Shown here one piece after another: positions 51,925 to 64,000 of a DNA stretch of 64,000 nt. The notes beneath the pieces were generated by a model. The model was given only the letters and a program-made list of their open reading frames with translations, did no database searches and had not been told where the DNA came from. Origin of the DNA: Moniliella sp. 'wahieum' (lineage: Eukaryota); contig RSEE01000013.1 in assembly GCA_003971905.1 (NCBI GenBank), positions 372,001 through 436,000 of the forward strand, given 5' to 3'. The stretch's first letter is position 1; every line of letters begins with the position of its first letter. The position numbers were made by a program, and so were the translations under genes.

Positions 51925-54676
51925 TTAGGACCGCTTGAAGAATTTCTTGATCTTTTGCCTTTCCTTTTCTCGTCGTGATATGCTGGACGACCCCGAGTAG
52001 TCCGACTGGACCGAACCCGGCGTGCTGGGATGCGCCCCGAAGGGCCCCCTGGCAACATTTGCGGGTGAAGACCTGCGCCGTGGGCATAGTGATGCGAAGC
52101 AGGGGCCATGTAGCCTTGGTGAGACATCGAAACAGTCGAAGGGGATGGACTGGGCAGAGGGGACAGGCGAGGGCTCCTACCACCGGTGGGTTGAACATGA
52201 GGGGACGAAGCGGGCGCAGGGCGCAGGTGGGGTTGACGGGCAGAAGGAGAGGCCGAGGCAACAGGTTGCAGAGGTGCTTGAGTCAAACGGCCCACCGTCC
52301 TGCCCCTCCACGCGGACCATCAAGGGGCTTCGCCAACGTCCGCAGCTGGTCGACAAAGGCAGAGGGTGTCCAGATCGAATCAGAGGCAATGTACATGTCC
52401 CGATGATTTTCCTCTCCAATTTGGTAGATTGCCCGCATCTCTGAATAGGTCATGCCCCCTACCACGTAGCACAAGATACGCTGCTGCGTACTTTCCCCCC
52501 CGCCATGGCTGTTAGCTCCTGACGCCTGTCTCGCGCCCGACTGACCGGGCCGTGGGCGCGACGAGTTGGTTCGCCCATTTGCCCACGTGGGTCGCTGGCT
52601 GCGGAGCGACGTGGCTTGTCCCCCAGCGGAGGCCTTTGTGGGGCCCTGGAGGAGGACCCTGAGTTCATCCCCAGGTTGGCCAGCATGGTATGTGGCGGAT
52701 GCGTTGACAGAGTTGTCACCATGCCCCTCGACATAAGGGAAGGAGATCGTGTCGAGCTTGTTGGCCAAAAAGTCCTTGAGCATATACTGCAGCAAGGGCT
52801 TGAAGCGAGATGTGTCGTACTCCCGGGCACATACTCTTGATCTCGCTTCCACCCTCCGGCGCCCGACTTGGACAAAAAGGTGGTAAACGCCGCCAAAGCC
52901 CGCTCAGCCGAGGAGTGGGAGTTGGTCTGACGCACGACCTTGCTCCCCAAGAATGTCATGTTGTTGATCGCTTCCATCTCCGAGAGACCCAATCGAGCAT
53001 GCTGAAAGAGACGTTTCCGGTCCTCATCGACAACGCCATCGGAAAATTGGAGAATATAGAGAGCAATGATGCGGACCTTGTCATCGTTGGAGATTTTAGG
53101 ATCATCCAGTAAGCCCACCATGTCCACAATAATGTCCTTGGGCTTAGATCCGTCAGGAGCCAGGCCTGTGGCGCAACACTGCTCCACCTGAGACTGCTGG
53201 GCAGCTTGGAGTTTTGGAAATGTCCATGCACTGCTGGGCCAGGGTAAGGTGAAGACTAAGTCGTTCCTTGGTCTCCTGCATTTGTGGCAGATTGGCCAAC
53301 ATGTCACGCATGTCGTTCAAGCTCTTGCCCGTCTGATACTTGCCCGCCTTGCCCATATGCTCCTCAAACTCTGAACTAAGCTTTTGCGAAGCCACGGCAA
53401 TGTGCAAATGACGGATGTCCGTCCAGACCGAATCGGAATCATTAAGAACCGCATCTTTCTCCTCAGTCTGGCTGGCCGGCACCGTTCTTGAATCGGTAGT
53501 GGTAGTTCACCCCGTCACGGATGGGGAGGAGGTCATTGAGCATGGCTTAAGTAAACTCGTGCACCAGAGGCGCCCGCACGTCCATGGTCCGGTCCGTAAT
53601 GAAAAGCACACCGCGAGGGCGGTGAGGATCCATCTTGGGTTGATTTTCTTGGACGTAGGCATCGAGCGCCTGCGCTGCCCGGTCGGCCAGCAACTTGGTA
53701 AAGTGCACGCCGCCTGTACTGATACCCCTCCCCGTGCCCCGTTGCTCGAACCAACAGGTGGAATGGTGGGCTGGTCATTCAGCCGGTTACGCCCATTGGA
53801 ACGGAGTGACATGGCTGAGGAGAAGCTCCACGGTGCGTGGGTTCCGGCGTCGAGCCAGGAGCAGGTTGCAATGGACCCAGGGGAGGGTGAGAGGGGTTGT
53901 AGTACCGCACAATGGGGAATTCGTTGAGCATGACACACGTGTTAACGATTGAGTTGGTGGCGCGTTCCAGCTCGGTTTCGAGCACCTTTCGCGCATGCTC
54001 GGTTTCCAGCTCATCCTGGGTGGGCTGGAACAGGGTGTGAAACACTTGTGGACGCCGAGCCGTCGTGACTTGGCCCTCGGTGGCTGGAAGTGACGGCGGG
54101 TCAGTATTGATCTGGCCACCAGCACAAAGAACACATACCCCATACATCCAAGAAGAGCTCCACCAGGCCACGCAAGCGCGGGCCAGCAGCTGACGACGCC
54201 AGCTGGTTGACCGTAGTTTGAGGTACCCCTAGGGCGATGCAAAAGTTAGTGACCGAGGAGCGCAAGAACGGGGGGAAAGGTACGCACCATCAACGAAGAA
54301 GACGTGGCCACCGGGATAAACCTGGGGTCCTCCACCAAGCTGGGAAAGGTCCTCGATGATGCGGCGCACATTATGCTCCGAAGGAGTGAGGATGTAGCAG
54401 GCCTCAAACTCATTGGGGTCGCGACGGCGTTCGATGAGTTCGATGTTGGTTGCGTTGAGGTGAAGAAGGTCGTCCAGTTTCATGCAGTTCTCGATGAGCT
54501 TGAGGGTGTTTTCATCGAGGACGATGACTTTCCACTTGTTTGGAGGGCGCACCGATTCGACCGCCTGGATGATGCCTGGGGCAGAGGGCAAGCACACCGT
54601 CAGTGGGCCGCGGGCAGGCAGCGTGGGCGAGTGTGCACGTACGGTCGCGCTGGATGTCGAGCAGGCTCTTGGTCAT
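51925..54676 (-). CDS. SEC1: Sec1/Munc18 family SM protein
   Basis: MTKSLLDIQRD, KWKVIVLD, EACYILTP, VNTCVMLNEFPIVRYY, LFITDRTMD..APLVHEFT, LNDSDSVWTDIRHLHIA, LHLTLAQQC, EQCCATG, DKVRIIALYI, SRFKPLLQ, YVVGGMTYSEMR; ends KIKKFFKRS*. Several introns and frameshifts. Confidence 0.93.
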
Positions 54677-55786
54677 GGTGGAGGCAGCGCCGGGGATGGC
54701 GGGAGCAGACGCAGACGCAGACGCAGAACAGCCAGCAACCGCAGCGGCGATGGTGGCTGTGGAGCAAGGCAGGCGCCCCAGCCGGTGGATCGCTGGGCGG
54801 CGTGAATACCCCGGGCGCCCGCCTGCAGTCGCCCCACCCGAGGCCCACGCGCACCGCCCAGCACAGCCCCCCTGCTGGGCGCCACTTGGCGCCTCGCCAC
54901 GTCGACAGTCCAAATGCCCAGCCACCGCTGATTCGATCACATGACCTCGATTATCTCTCCTGCCTCTGGCGATCTGCCGAGCTAATCATGCTGGATCGAC
55001 CCATCCAATTTCATGTCCAGTCGGTGCGCGGCCTCATCGCCTCATCCGCCGCATCGCCCCCCCTCCACCGTCGCACGTCGTCCTCAGCACTGGCATCGCC
55101 ACTCACAACAGCAGCACCACATTCTACCGCATTCGTTGCTGCTTAACGGCCCAAGGCCTCAAAGGGACCCCATTGTCGTCTCCCATGCTAGCTGGCGGCT
55201 TTACAAGAGGGGCGCAATCAACACACAGCCCATGGAGGCGCTCATCCCTACACTCTCGGTGGCCCACCGTCTCAAGAGAAAAAAATACTGGTGAAGAAGT
55301 GAGCGCCGTAGTGGCCGCCGGTGAGGGTCTTATAAAATGGCTAGAAAATGGCACAAAGCAACGATTTGGCCTCCATCTTCGTTTGGCAGGGGCAGTCACT
55401 AATGAAGCTAGTAACCGATGAGCCAAGAACGCGCTCCACATCCCTCCAGGTCATCCCGACTCAGCCCAGGGCAGTCCCATTGGAGCACTAGGCCATTGTT
55501 CAAGTGGGGCAGGCGGCGGAATAATAGCTGGGGCAAGGCGTGGCAGTGTAACCCTACTTCCAACCCTAGTTTTATGCCGTAAAACTGCTGCGGATTTGCT
55601 CTTGCGTGGGGTTGGCTGGAGAAGCACAGGTCGAAGCTAGTTGAGAGCAGCAACTCTTGGTTGACCCCATATCGAACCTGTAAGAACATCCCCTGGTTCC
55701 CTGCTGTGCTTGCGCTTGGCGATGGCCAACGCAGTACTTGTGGCGATCGATGCGGATGCTGACTTTTACGCCTCAGATTACCCAAC

Positions 55787-56717
55787 ATGAGTGAATCTCT
55801 GCAATTCAAGGGCAGCCTTGTCGGCCACAAGGGCTGGGTCACGGCCATCGCGACTTCGAGCGAGAACCCTGACCTGCTCGTCTCCGCCTCGCGCGACAAG
55901 CACGTCATTGTGTGGAACCTCAAGCGGGGTGAGGACGACATTGGCTACCCCAAGAAGATCCTTCACGGCCACAACCACTTCGTTTCGGATGTTGTCCTTT
56001 CGTCGGACGGCCAGTTTGCGCTGTCGTCGTCGTGGGACAAGACGCTGCGTCTGTGGGACCTCAACTCGGGCAACACTGTCCACCGCTTCGTCGGCCACAC
56101 GTCGGACGTTCTGTCAGTCTCCTTCTCGGCTGACAACCGCCAGATCGTGTCGGCTTCGCGCGACAAGACGATCAAGCTGTGGAACACGCTTGGCGAGTGC
56201 AAGTTCAACCTGACCGACAAGGGCCACACCGAGTGGGTCAGCACGGTCAAGTTCTCCCCAACCCGCAGACGCCCATCATTGTGTCGGGCGGCTGGGACAA
56301 GGCCGTCAAGGTGTGGGACCTGTCGCAGATGCGTCTCAAGGCCAACAACTATGGCCACACGGGCTACGTCAACACGGTCACCATCTCACCCGACGGTTCG
56401 CTCTGCGCCTCGGGCGGCAAGGAGGGTTCGGTGATGCTTTGGGAGCTGTCGGTTGACAGGCACCTGTACTCGCTCGAGGCTGGTGACAATGTCAACGCGC
56501 TCGTCTTCTCGCCCAACCGCTACTGGCTGTGTGCGGCGACGTCGTCCTGCATCAAGGTCTTTGACCTCGAGTCGCAGTCGGTTGTCGACACGCTTGTGCC
56601 CGAGATGGAGGGCAACGGCAAGGCCCCCGAGGCTCTCTCTCTGCCTGGTCGGCGGACGGCCAGACGCTCTTTGCTGGCTACTCTGACGACGTGATTCGCG
56701 TCTACTCGGTTCTCTAA
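55787..56717 (+). CDS. ASC1: RACK1 / Asc1 / Cpc2 WD40 ribosomal scaffold
   Basis: [111 protein letters not shown] is intronless; probable 5'UTR intron 55680-55776. Confidence 0.97.
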
Positions 56718-57774
56718 AGCAAGGACGGGTGAGAAGCTCTCCATGTCTCGCTGTCGACGCTGTGCTCCGAGCGGAGCAACGCCAACTTGTTTTGATCCGC
56801 CCCGCCCCGGTCTGCATCCTCAGGATGTGTTGCTTTCAAGTCGAGCCGTCCCGGTGTGCGTCCCGGTGGGCGTGTGACTCAAAAGGCGCAGGCACTCTGT
56901 GAGCCTGCGGTGGGTCGACCGTGACCGGTGACCCCTCTCAATTGCATCGATTGATCACTCTCACTCTGCTTTGGGCGGTTGGATGCACGACGCGTGCTAG
57001 GGCATGCTAGGCTAGGTGCGGTGGGCGGGATGGGTAACGGAAGTGGCACGACAGCGACAGGGTATAGCATGGCAGGTATGACGTCGTCGCGGCGCGTCAT
57101 GTGAGGCATAACGTGCATAACACGAACGAGGGAGCTGTGGCGTTGCGGCGGGGAATTGGCCCCGGAGGTGCGACGACACGCCAAAAAAGACGACAAGACG
57201 CAGCCAAGTCCGCCCCCAGTGCTCGCTCCCCGCAAGGGCTGGGCACTGTCGTGCCGGAACGGGTTGCGGTTGTACGTAGGAACAGCAAACCCCGCCTGCC
57301 GAGAGCAGCTGATCGACAAGCCTGGGAGCGAGTGCAGGCACTGGGGGAACTGGGGGTTCAGCGCTTCGGATGACCGGGACCCCGCATAAGCTTTGCCAAC
57401 GTTATGATGCGTTGGGGGAAGGAACTATGCACACTATGTGGCTCAGGGGGCTGTGTCGCCTCGTGCTTGTCGCTCTGCCGTGCCCTCTCGGGGTATAGGC
57501 CTGCTAGGGCATATTCTGTTTCGCCTTCTGTATGGCGCCCATCTGAAGTGGTAGATCCCCCTATGTACTACTGTGCGCGTTAGAACCCCAACGCCACAGC
57601 AGCAAAAGGCCCTAACACAGCCGTGCTTTCGCACACCCTTGCGAGTGATATAAGAGAGGCCAAAGTGAGCAACATTTCTGCGGCCCTACCACCCTACCAT
57701 CACTGCATGCCCAGCACCATCCCACCAACCTATTCCTACTTCTGATTGCGTCTTTCACTCTCACCGCACCGTCA

Positions 57775-59066
57775 TTGCCACCGGCAGCGTCAACATGTAC
57801 TACTATCCCACCAGTGGCATTATCGCCTGGCTTGTGCTCTACAGTATGTAACCCCCATCCCCACCTCTCTGATCCTCTCGTCCGCACCCCAGGAAGCTCT
57901 CCCACTCACCTCTTGATGTCATCCACAGGTCTCGCCATGGCTGCCATCATTTTCCTCCTGGTTGCTCGGGTCTCGCACATGGCCTGGCGATGGTGGTACC
58001 TGCTACTCGCCCTAGGCCTCAACTTGGCCAACGTCGTGCTGGCTGAAGAGCCAGTTGTTACTTCGTACATTCCGTCCTACGCCACTGATTCTCTCGCTCT
58101 TCCCTTTCGCACCATGGCCCTCGTCCTCTTTCTCGTTCACTTTGACCGCGATTTCTTCGGGTGGTCTCGTTGGGACCCCATTCCCCTGGACGAAGAACGC
58201 TTTGCCCCTGCCCAGGTGGGGGCACGAGCAACGTACGCGCATCTGCTCTATTACTGGCAGATGGGCTCGCCGTTCCTTGATTCTTAGGCGCAGCGATGGT
58301 ACTCGCCTCTTTCGATGGAAGGCATTTGCAGGAATGCTTTGCCTCCCCGCCGCTGGCCTGCTGGTCTCTGGAAGCATCATGATGGGTTTGGGCAGTGAGA
58401 AGGTTGGCACTCCCTACTCCGAATTTTCTGATTCTGATTCCGATGGTGTGTGGCGCCAGTCGGGCATGTATTTTGGATGGTGGGTACATGTTTGTCTGCT
58501 TTCGCTACGCTCATGGCGTCATTTGGTGTTTATTGGTCTTGCTTCCAAGCCAATCGTCAGCGCCAACGCCAACATCCCCAAGGAAAACAACCGGTTGTCA
58601 TTTTGTCTGGTGGCGGCTACCCCCTGTTTCTTGATCGACGCGGCATGGCTTATTACGTGCAGCTTTCTGCAACTCAGTCCCACAGGTGTGGTAGCATTGA
58701 CATTTGGCAACATTCCGGCTTTCTTTGCGGCTGTGCTGCTCATCGCCACGTCGGTTGTGGAGCGCTGCCAAGGAAGCTACGGCTTCGGTTTGAATGTTAA
58801 GCCCGAGAGCATGGAAGCTTGGCATCTTGACGAAGAAGTGGGAACTGTATCCAGTCACCACCACCACACTGAGTCGGACTCTCTCCCCCCTCCCTTGCTC
58901 AAGAACCTCTTCTCCATCAAGACTCTGTCGGCGATCTGCCGCAGTGGCGCAACTTGTGAACGACGCATCAGTACATGACATGCTGGTATGGGTACCTGAC
59001 GAACTGATGTTTCCTGTGCTGTTTCATCGCCCCATCACGGCACCCTCTGAACAACAACACCGCTGA
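57775..59066 (+). CDS. Hypothetical multi-pass membrane protein; structure uncertain
   Basis: Hydrophobic segments in ORFs 57775-58287 and 58055-58978; intron-like GTATGT...CTTGAT..CACAG near 57844-57928. No family recognised. Confidence 0.45.
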
Positions 59067-60690
59067 TGATTGGTCTTGATAACTCAGCGATGGACTCTTC
59101 TCTTACGCACATATTTGATGGTGGGCAAATGCAGCCCAACACACGGACTTTTTTCAAGGGTATATGATATGCCCACATGATGCAAAGGAGCACGTACACC
59201 CTCTGCCGCCTTGAATATACCCTCTTTCCCATATCCCATTGATGTTCTTCATGACCGCTCCGCCCGAAATTAGTATACTATTGCAAAATAAGTGTGAACA
59301 GAACCCCATGTATAGTATTTTTGTGGTACGCGCCACATTGGGCGTCGGTACGTCAATACATAGTATATGTGAGTCTGTTTGCCACGGGTGAAGACCGGCC
59401 GAGGAACCGAGGAACCCTGCTGAGTCCATGCGCTTCATTTTTCTTCCTTTCGCCCCGAACGGGTCCATCCTGGTCCCCCTCAGGACCCCCCCTCCCGATT
59501 CTGTGATCCTAGTCGGGCTGAGGAGCTCATGCCAAATGGCGTGTGGCCACGACGGCCGCGATCGAGGCTTGCCCACATTTTTGTATCATAATCGCCCCTG
59601 CACAGCAGCAATATTCCCCCCCTTTTGTTGGCCGCCGGTTCCCCAATCATCCCTGTTGTTTCCCTTTTCAGTTCAGGAGTTGAGCTTTAAGCTGCAAGAA
59701 AGATCTGGAACAGGGTCATATGATAGACACAGCCGGTGGACATAATGATATGTATCTATTAACCCGTCAAAGAGTGATGCCGAAGACGAGTGTTTGCTCT
59801 CAGCGCCACAGGGGCGGGATGATGCGATGACACGTTCACTGCACTATGCGGCATTCTTATCATCTACAGAACTTAAGGCTAGGACAGACGAAGACCTATT
59901 CACATATACCAACCTTACCATGTCTATCGGGCTCGCTCATCGGGCTCTCATCGAGCCGGCGTGTGCTGCTTTTTTTGCTCTCCAACGACACTGGTTCAAA
60001 GAAGTGACTATACACACTTCTCTTTCCTTTCAAAATCCAACTTCCTCCTCCGCTTTCAGCCACAGGTTTCTTTTCCACCAGCTGTCCACTGGCCGAAATG
60101 TGCCATGGGCGCAAGAAGACGCCACGCATTACCTATCGATTGTATCCATGGCCCCCGCCGACGCGTGCTCCTAGGATCCTCAAGTGATGGGGGCGTATCA
60201 GGTTGGCGTTTTCAATCTTCCAAGCTCCAGGTCTAAGGTTCAAGTGGGTGAGGTAAGACAGAGGTGCCCCGGTGGGTCACGTGGTGGGGCGTGCCGCCAG
60301 TGTCGGCGGGGGGCAGTGTGACGCGTGCGTATGAAATTACGGAACACTGCGAGTGACAGCTCAGGCTGAGATCTGCGAGGCATGGACAGACACTCGGTCA
60401 GTGCAGGAAGCTTAGGCCAAAGCGTTAAGCATCGATGATTGCTGGCTGAACCAGTGATCAAAGCTGAGGCGCAGCGCCGCCGGCATAATGGACTAATTGC
60501 TGTTGTCCTCAGTTCGCGTGCACGCTCCCCCTCTCGACTTGGGCTCAAGAAGAGGTCCGTCGAGCTCACTCCTCTACTCATCGTCCCACCCACCAACCCT
60601 CCGGATCAGCTCTACTTTCACCCGCATCTCTCTTACCATGGCTGCATCCCCCCCCTCCCCCCTGCTCCCATCCTGGTGCGCACCTCGGCC

Positions 60691-63600
60691 ATGTACTGGG
60701 ACTGTGGGTCCGACCCAGCCACATTCGCCGCCATCGACACGCTCCTGGGCCAGCCCAATGTGACCGTTGAGCAACTGCTGGATGAACCGGATGTGCTTCT
60801 CGCGACCAAGAACCAGCACCCACAGCTCGTCGCCTTCTGGTCCCTACCTGCCATCGCCGCTCGCCTCCTCGAGCACGTTCTTGGACGTGCCCCTCTTCCT
60901 GCACCCCCGGATCCCTCCCGAGAGTGGCAGGAAAAAGTCTTCTTCCGCTATCCTTACCTCGCCACCGAGATCCTTACGCCGACGTGCCCCCAATTTCCGC
61001 TACACTCCTCGCCCACTCCGCCACCACCCTGCAGCCATTCTTTTCCGCAGCCTTGCCCTTCCGCCCACCCCCTGTAACCTCCCCGCTGCCGTACCACAGC
61101 CACCCTCTTTTTCCCAGCAGGTCCTGCCGCCGCAACGGCCTTCATCTCGTCCTCCTCTTTTCCCTCACGTTTCCCCATTCCTCACTCCCACTCTCCAAAA
61201 TTCCAGGAGCTGGGCCCGGGATGGAACGTCCTACTCTCCTATGGAGCCCGCGTCATTGCCCACCTCTTGGACACCAATCGCACAGAAGTTCGTATGGCGT
61301 GTGTGCCCTACAGTCCTCGGTCGCTAACGTTATTTCGGTGTGAAGATTACTGAATTCCTCCAAGCTCAGCCATACCTTGTGCAGCGCCTGGCAGCCAACG
61401 CCGAATCGCCCGTCGTGGCCGACTTGATTTTTCGCATCATCGAGGTCGACTCGGACCTTACTGTCGAAGGGGCGCAGCGGAGACATGATTCGGTGGTTCT
61501 CGCAGCACCGTCTGGTGCCCACTTTGGTTGCGCTCCTATCCTCTGCTCACAGTTGTACAGTGCACAACAATGTTACTGGGTTACTCAGGAACATTATCGA
61601 TTGCTGTGGGCCCGGCTTGGCGGCCATGCAACAAGAGGGGTTGTCTCCCGACAGCGAATCGGACCTGCGCCCGGTTCCGTCCGGCGAAATCAATGCGTTG
61701 GTGCGCGATCTGGCCTCGCCCGAGGTAGCCGACATGCTCGTACTGGTTATGCTTGACGAGTTTTCGGATGAGGATGCTCCCCATACGTTGTCCCCAACGC
61801 CCCAAGTCCCAGAGAAAAGTACTACCAAGCCAGCCCTGCAATCGGAGGAATCCTCCCTTCAAACAACAACTCCTCAGGAGCCTATTGACTCGCCCTCTGA
61901 ACAGGAGGAGGCGCCTCCACCGAGGGCTCCCCGAGTGTCCAAGACCCCACAGACGATATCCAGCGCGCTTGTATCTTCGGTGGAGATCATGATTGAGCTC
62001 ATTCGCAAGAACAACTCGGACTACTTTGAACAGAACTTGTTCCAATTTCTCCGCCAGACGATTATCGCTCACCAGCAAACCCTGGCCACCCGTCGATCAG
62101 AACGTCCGGTACAGACGCCTTCTTGTGATTCATCTCCAGCGTTTCCTCCATACGCGGCTCCCTCGTCCAATCGGCCGATTCGGACGACTTATCGCCCGAG
62201 GAGGTAATAGAAATGGACCAGGTGATGCGGCAGGCAGCTCAAGAGATGGGGATCGTGCACTTTGGACCTTTTGCGCTCCGTCTCATTGCGCCTCCATGAT
62301 TTGCAGAGAATTGTGCTCCTTCCTCATCAGAGGGTGGGCCTGGAGGAAACCTCGTCTATGGAGGGCATGGGTGACCAAGCCGAGTCTACCTCTCCCACCG
62401 GGGGGTGCTGACGATACCCTGCTCTTGAAGGCGAGTGCCACTAGCCTTTGACGATGGAGCGATACCGGGTGTGCGAACTTTACGCCGAGCTTCTGCACTG
62501 CTCCAACATGGCTCTCCTCAACCGTCCCCCGGTTCCGGACCGCAGTATGATCCCATCACGGGTCTCTGCAGGGCGGCCTTGATGGGTTCCAGTCCTTGAC
62601 CGATGCCCTCAACATGGCCCACTCTGACTCGGACGTTCAAATTGAGGAAGCGCCTTCAATGCTTCAAGAAGATAGTTTGACTTTCGTCGAGGCGACCACA
62701 CCTCTGTGCGCACTACCAACCTAGCATCTCCCTCGTCTTCGGTTGCCCGAGGCACCTCCTTCTCGACAGATGGCCCATCATCTCCGAGAGTGGGAAGAAT
62801 CGACGGTTTGGAACGACTGCCCCGCCGGGTACTGAAGAGACCAAACCAGTTTCGTATGAGGGGCTTATCTGGGACCACCGCCTAGCTCTCCGAGCACGGC
62901 TCAAATCCATTTCGGTCCCTGTGCCCGACGGGTTGGTTGTTGGGGATTTGCTCAAGGAGCGCTTCATCTCCTGGGCGTGCCCAATACGCTTCTTGATCTC
63001 TTCTTCATTTACCCGTGGAACAATCTGCTACAACGTGGTATATGACGTCGTGCAGCAGTGCTTCAATACGCGTCTGACTGCCAGCCCGGTGGACCAGGAG
63101 GAGGGGGACCCCCCAAGCCCCTTGAGAACGAGCAGCCAGCATCCTCGAATGGGTTTGGCCATTTTGGCCCGGACCTGAGGCCTATTCCGCACGGACAGTA
63201 CAACCGTGCCCTGGCCTTGGAACTTTTAGGCAAAGCAGACCTTTGTGGGCTAATAGTCCACGGTCACAAGGTCAATGACATTTCTGAAGCGGGGCCCGCA
63301 GGATGCGGTTAGGCTTTATGGGGCATCTCAACCTGATCGCCGATGAAGTGGTCAAGGCGTTGCAAAAGTATCCACGTTCGCTGGGTGTGCCATTGAGGGA
63401 GGAATATGGCATCACCCGTCATTCTTCCGAGTGGCATTCTCTGGTGCAGAAGCTTCGTATGGCCCAAGGACCCGCAGAATTAGCCGGCCCATGTCCCACG
63501 GTCCCGGCTCAATGTCGAGTGACTTTGAGGAAGAGGAGCTGGAGCACTCATCCCAGGTCATTGGCTCCTTTGATGATTACGACGAAGCTGACGATGGCGT

Positions 63601-64000
63601 CGCATGGGCCGCTAATGTTCGTCGACAACATTCTGCCGCGACTGCTTGGCGTACCCGTCGCACGGAGGGTGAGGCCGATGGGGCAGAGGGGTACCGAGAC
63701 CCCTTCTCCGACCCCATGACCGCGGCAGACTGGGACGCCGAATTTCAACAAAAACGCAAGAACAAGATGAACGTAACGCTGCCTTCCAAAACCGTATTTC
63801 TTCCGATGGATCGACGAGCGAAAGCGAGGAGAGTCTGTCGGATGACACCTCGTCCGATTCGGATGAGGATGGCTATGCCCCGTTTGTCGACCTCCTAAAC
63901 CCTCGTGCCCGGGCCAGTGTCTTGCTCCGCCAACAGCGTCAATCGCACATGGCCCCTGAACCGGCTCCTCGTCCCCTCTCGCCCGTGGGCACCTCCCCAT
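60691..64000 (+). CDS. SIT4-associated protein (SAPS / PP6 regulatory subunit family); runs off the window
   Basis: MYW..AIDTLL..VTVEQLLDEPDVL...LVAF, FRYPYLATEIL, ESPVVADLIFRII, IELIRKNNSDYFE, LT.ERYRVCELYAELLHCSNM.LLNR, YPWN..NVVYDVVQQ, RLGFMGHLNLIADEVVK. Many frameshifts. Confidence 0.88.

Overview
GC-rich eukaryotic (fungal) genomic DNA. It is most consistent with a basidiomycete, probably Ustilaginomycotina; this is inferred from compact genes, short GT-AG introns with CTRAC branch points and the DBP2 motif variants. Recognisable genes in order: a catalytically dead RNase H1-like gene, a heavily decayed FAL1/eIF4A-III pseudogene head-to-head with DBP2, UGP1, ADE2, a 14-3-3 gene, a PIN4/Cip-like RRM-R3H gene, VCX1, an HxxxD acyltransferase, KCS1, CreA/MIG1, DPS1, SCD6/LSM14, SEC1, RACK1/ASC1 and a SAPS-family gene that runs off the end. 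Several spliced genes of unknown function are also present. Nearly every conserved gene carries scattered 1-bp indels, which I read as uncorrected assembly errors, so many CDS ends are approximate. The most striking unexplained signal is an intergenic sequence grammar: T-N-A triplets separated by a 4-bp self-complementary spacer (TNA-xyy'x'-TNA), concatenated in a 7-bp register. At least 11 of the 16 possible palindromic spacers are used, and some arrays switch spacer part-way. Other highlights are a candidate poison exon and in-frame alternative acceptor inside the conserved long DBP2 intron, the FAL1 pseudogene, and an RNase H fold lacking all four catalytic carboxylates. All family assignments come from motif recall; no database search was run.
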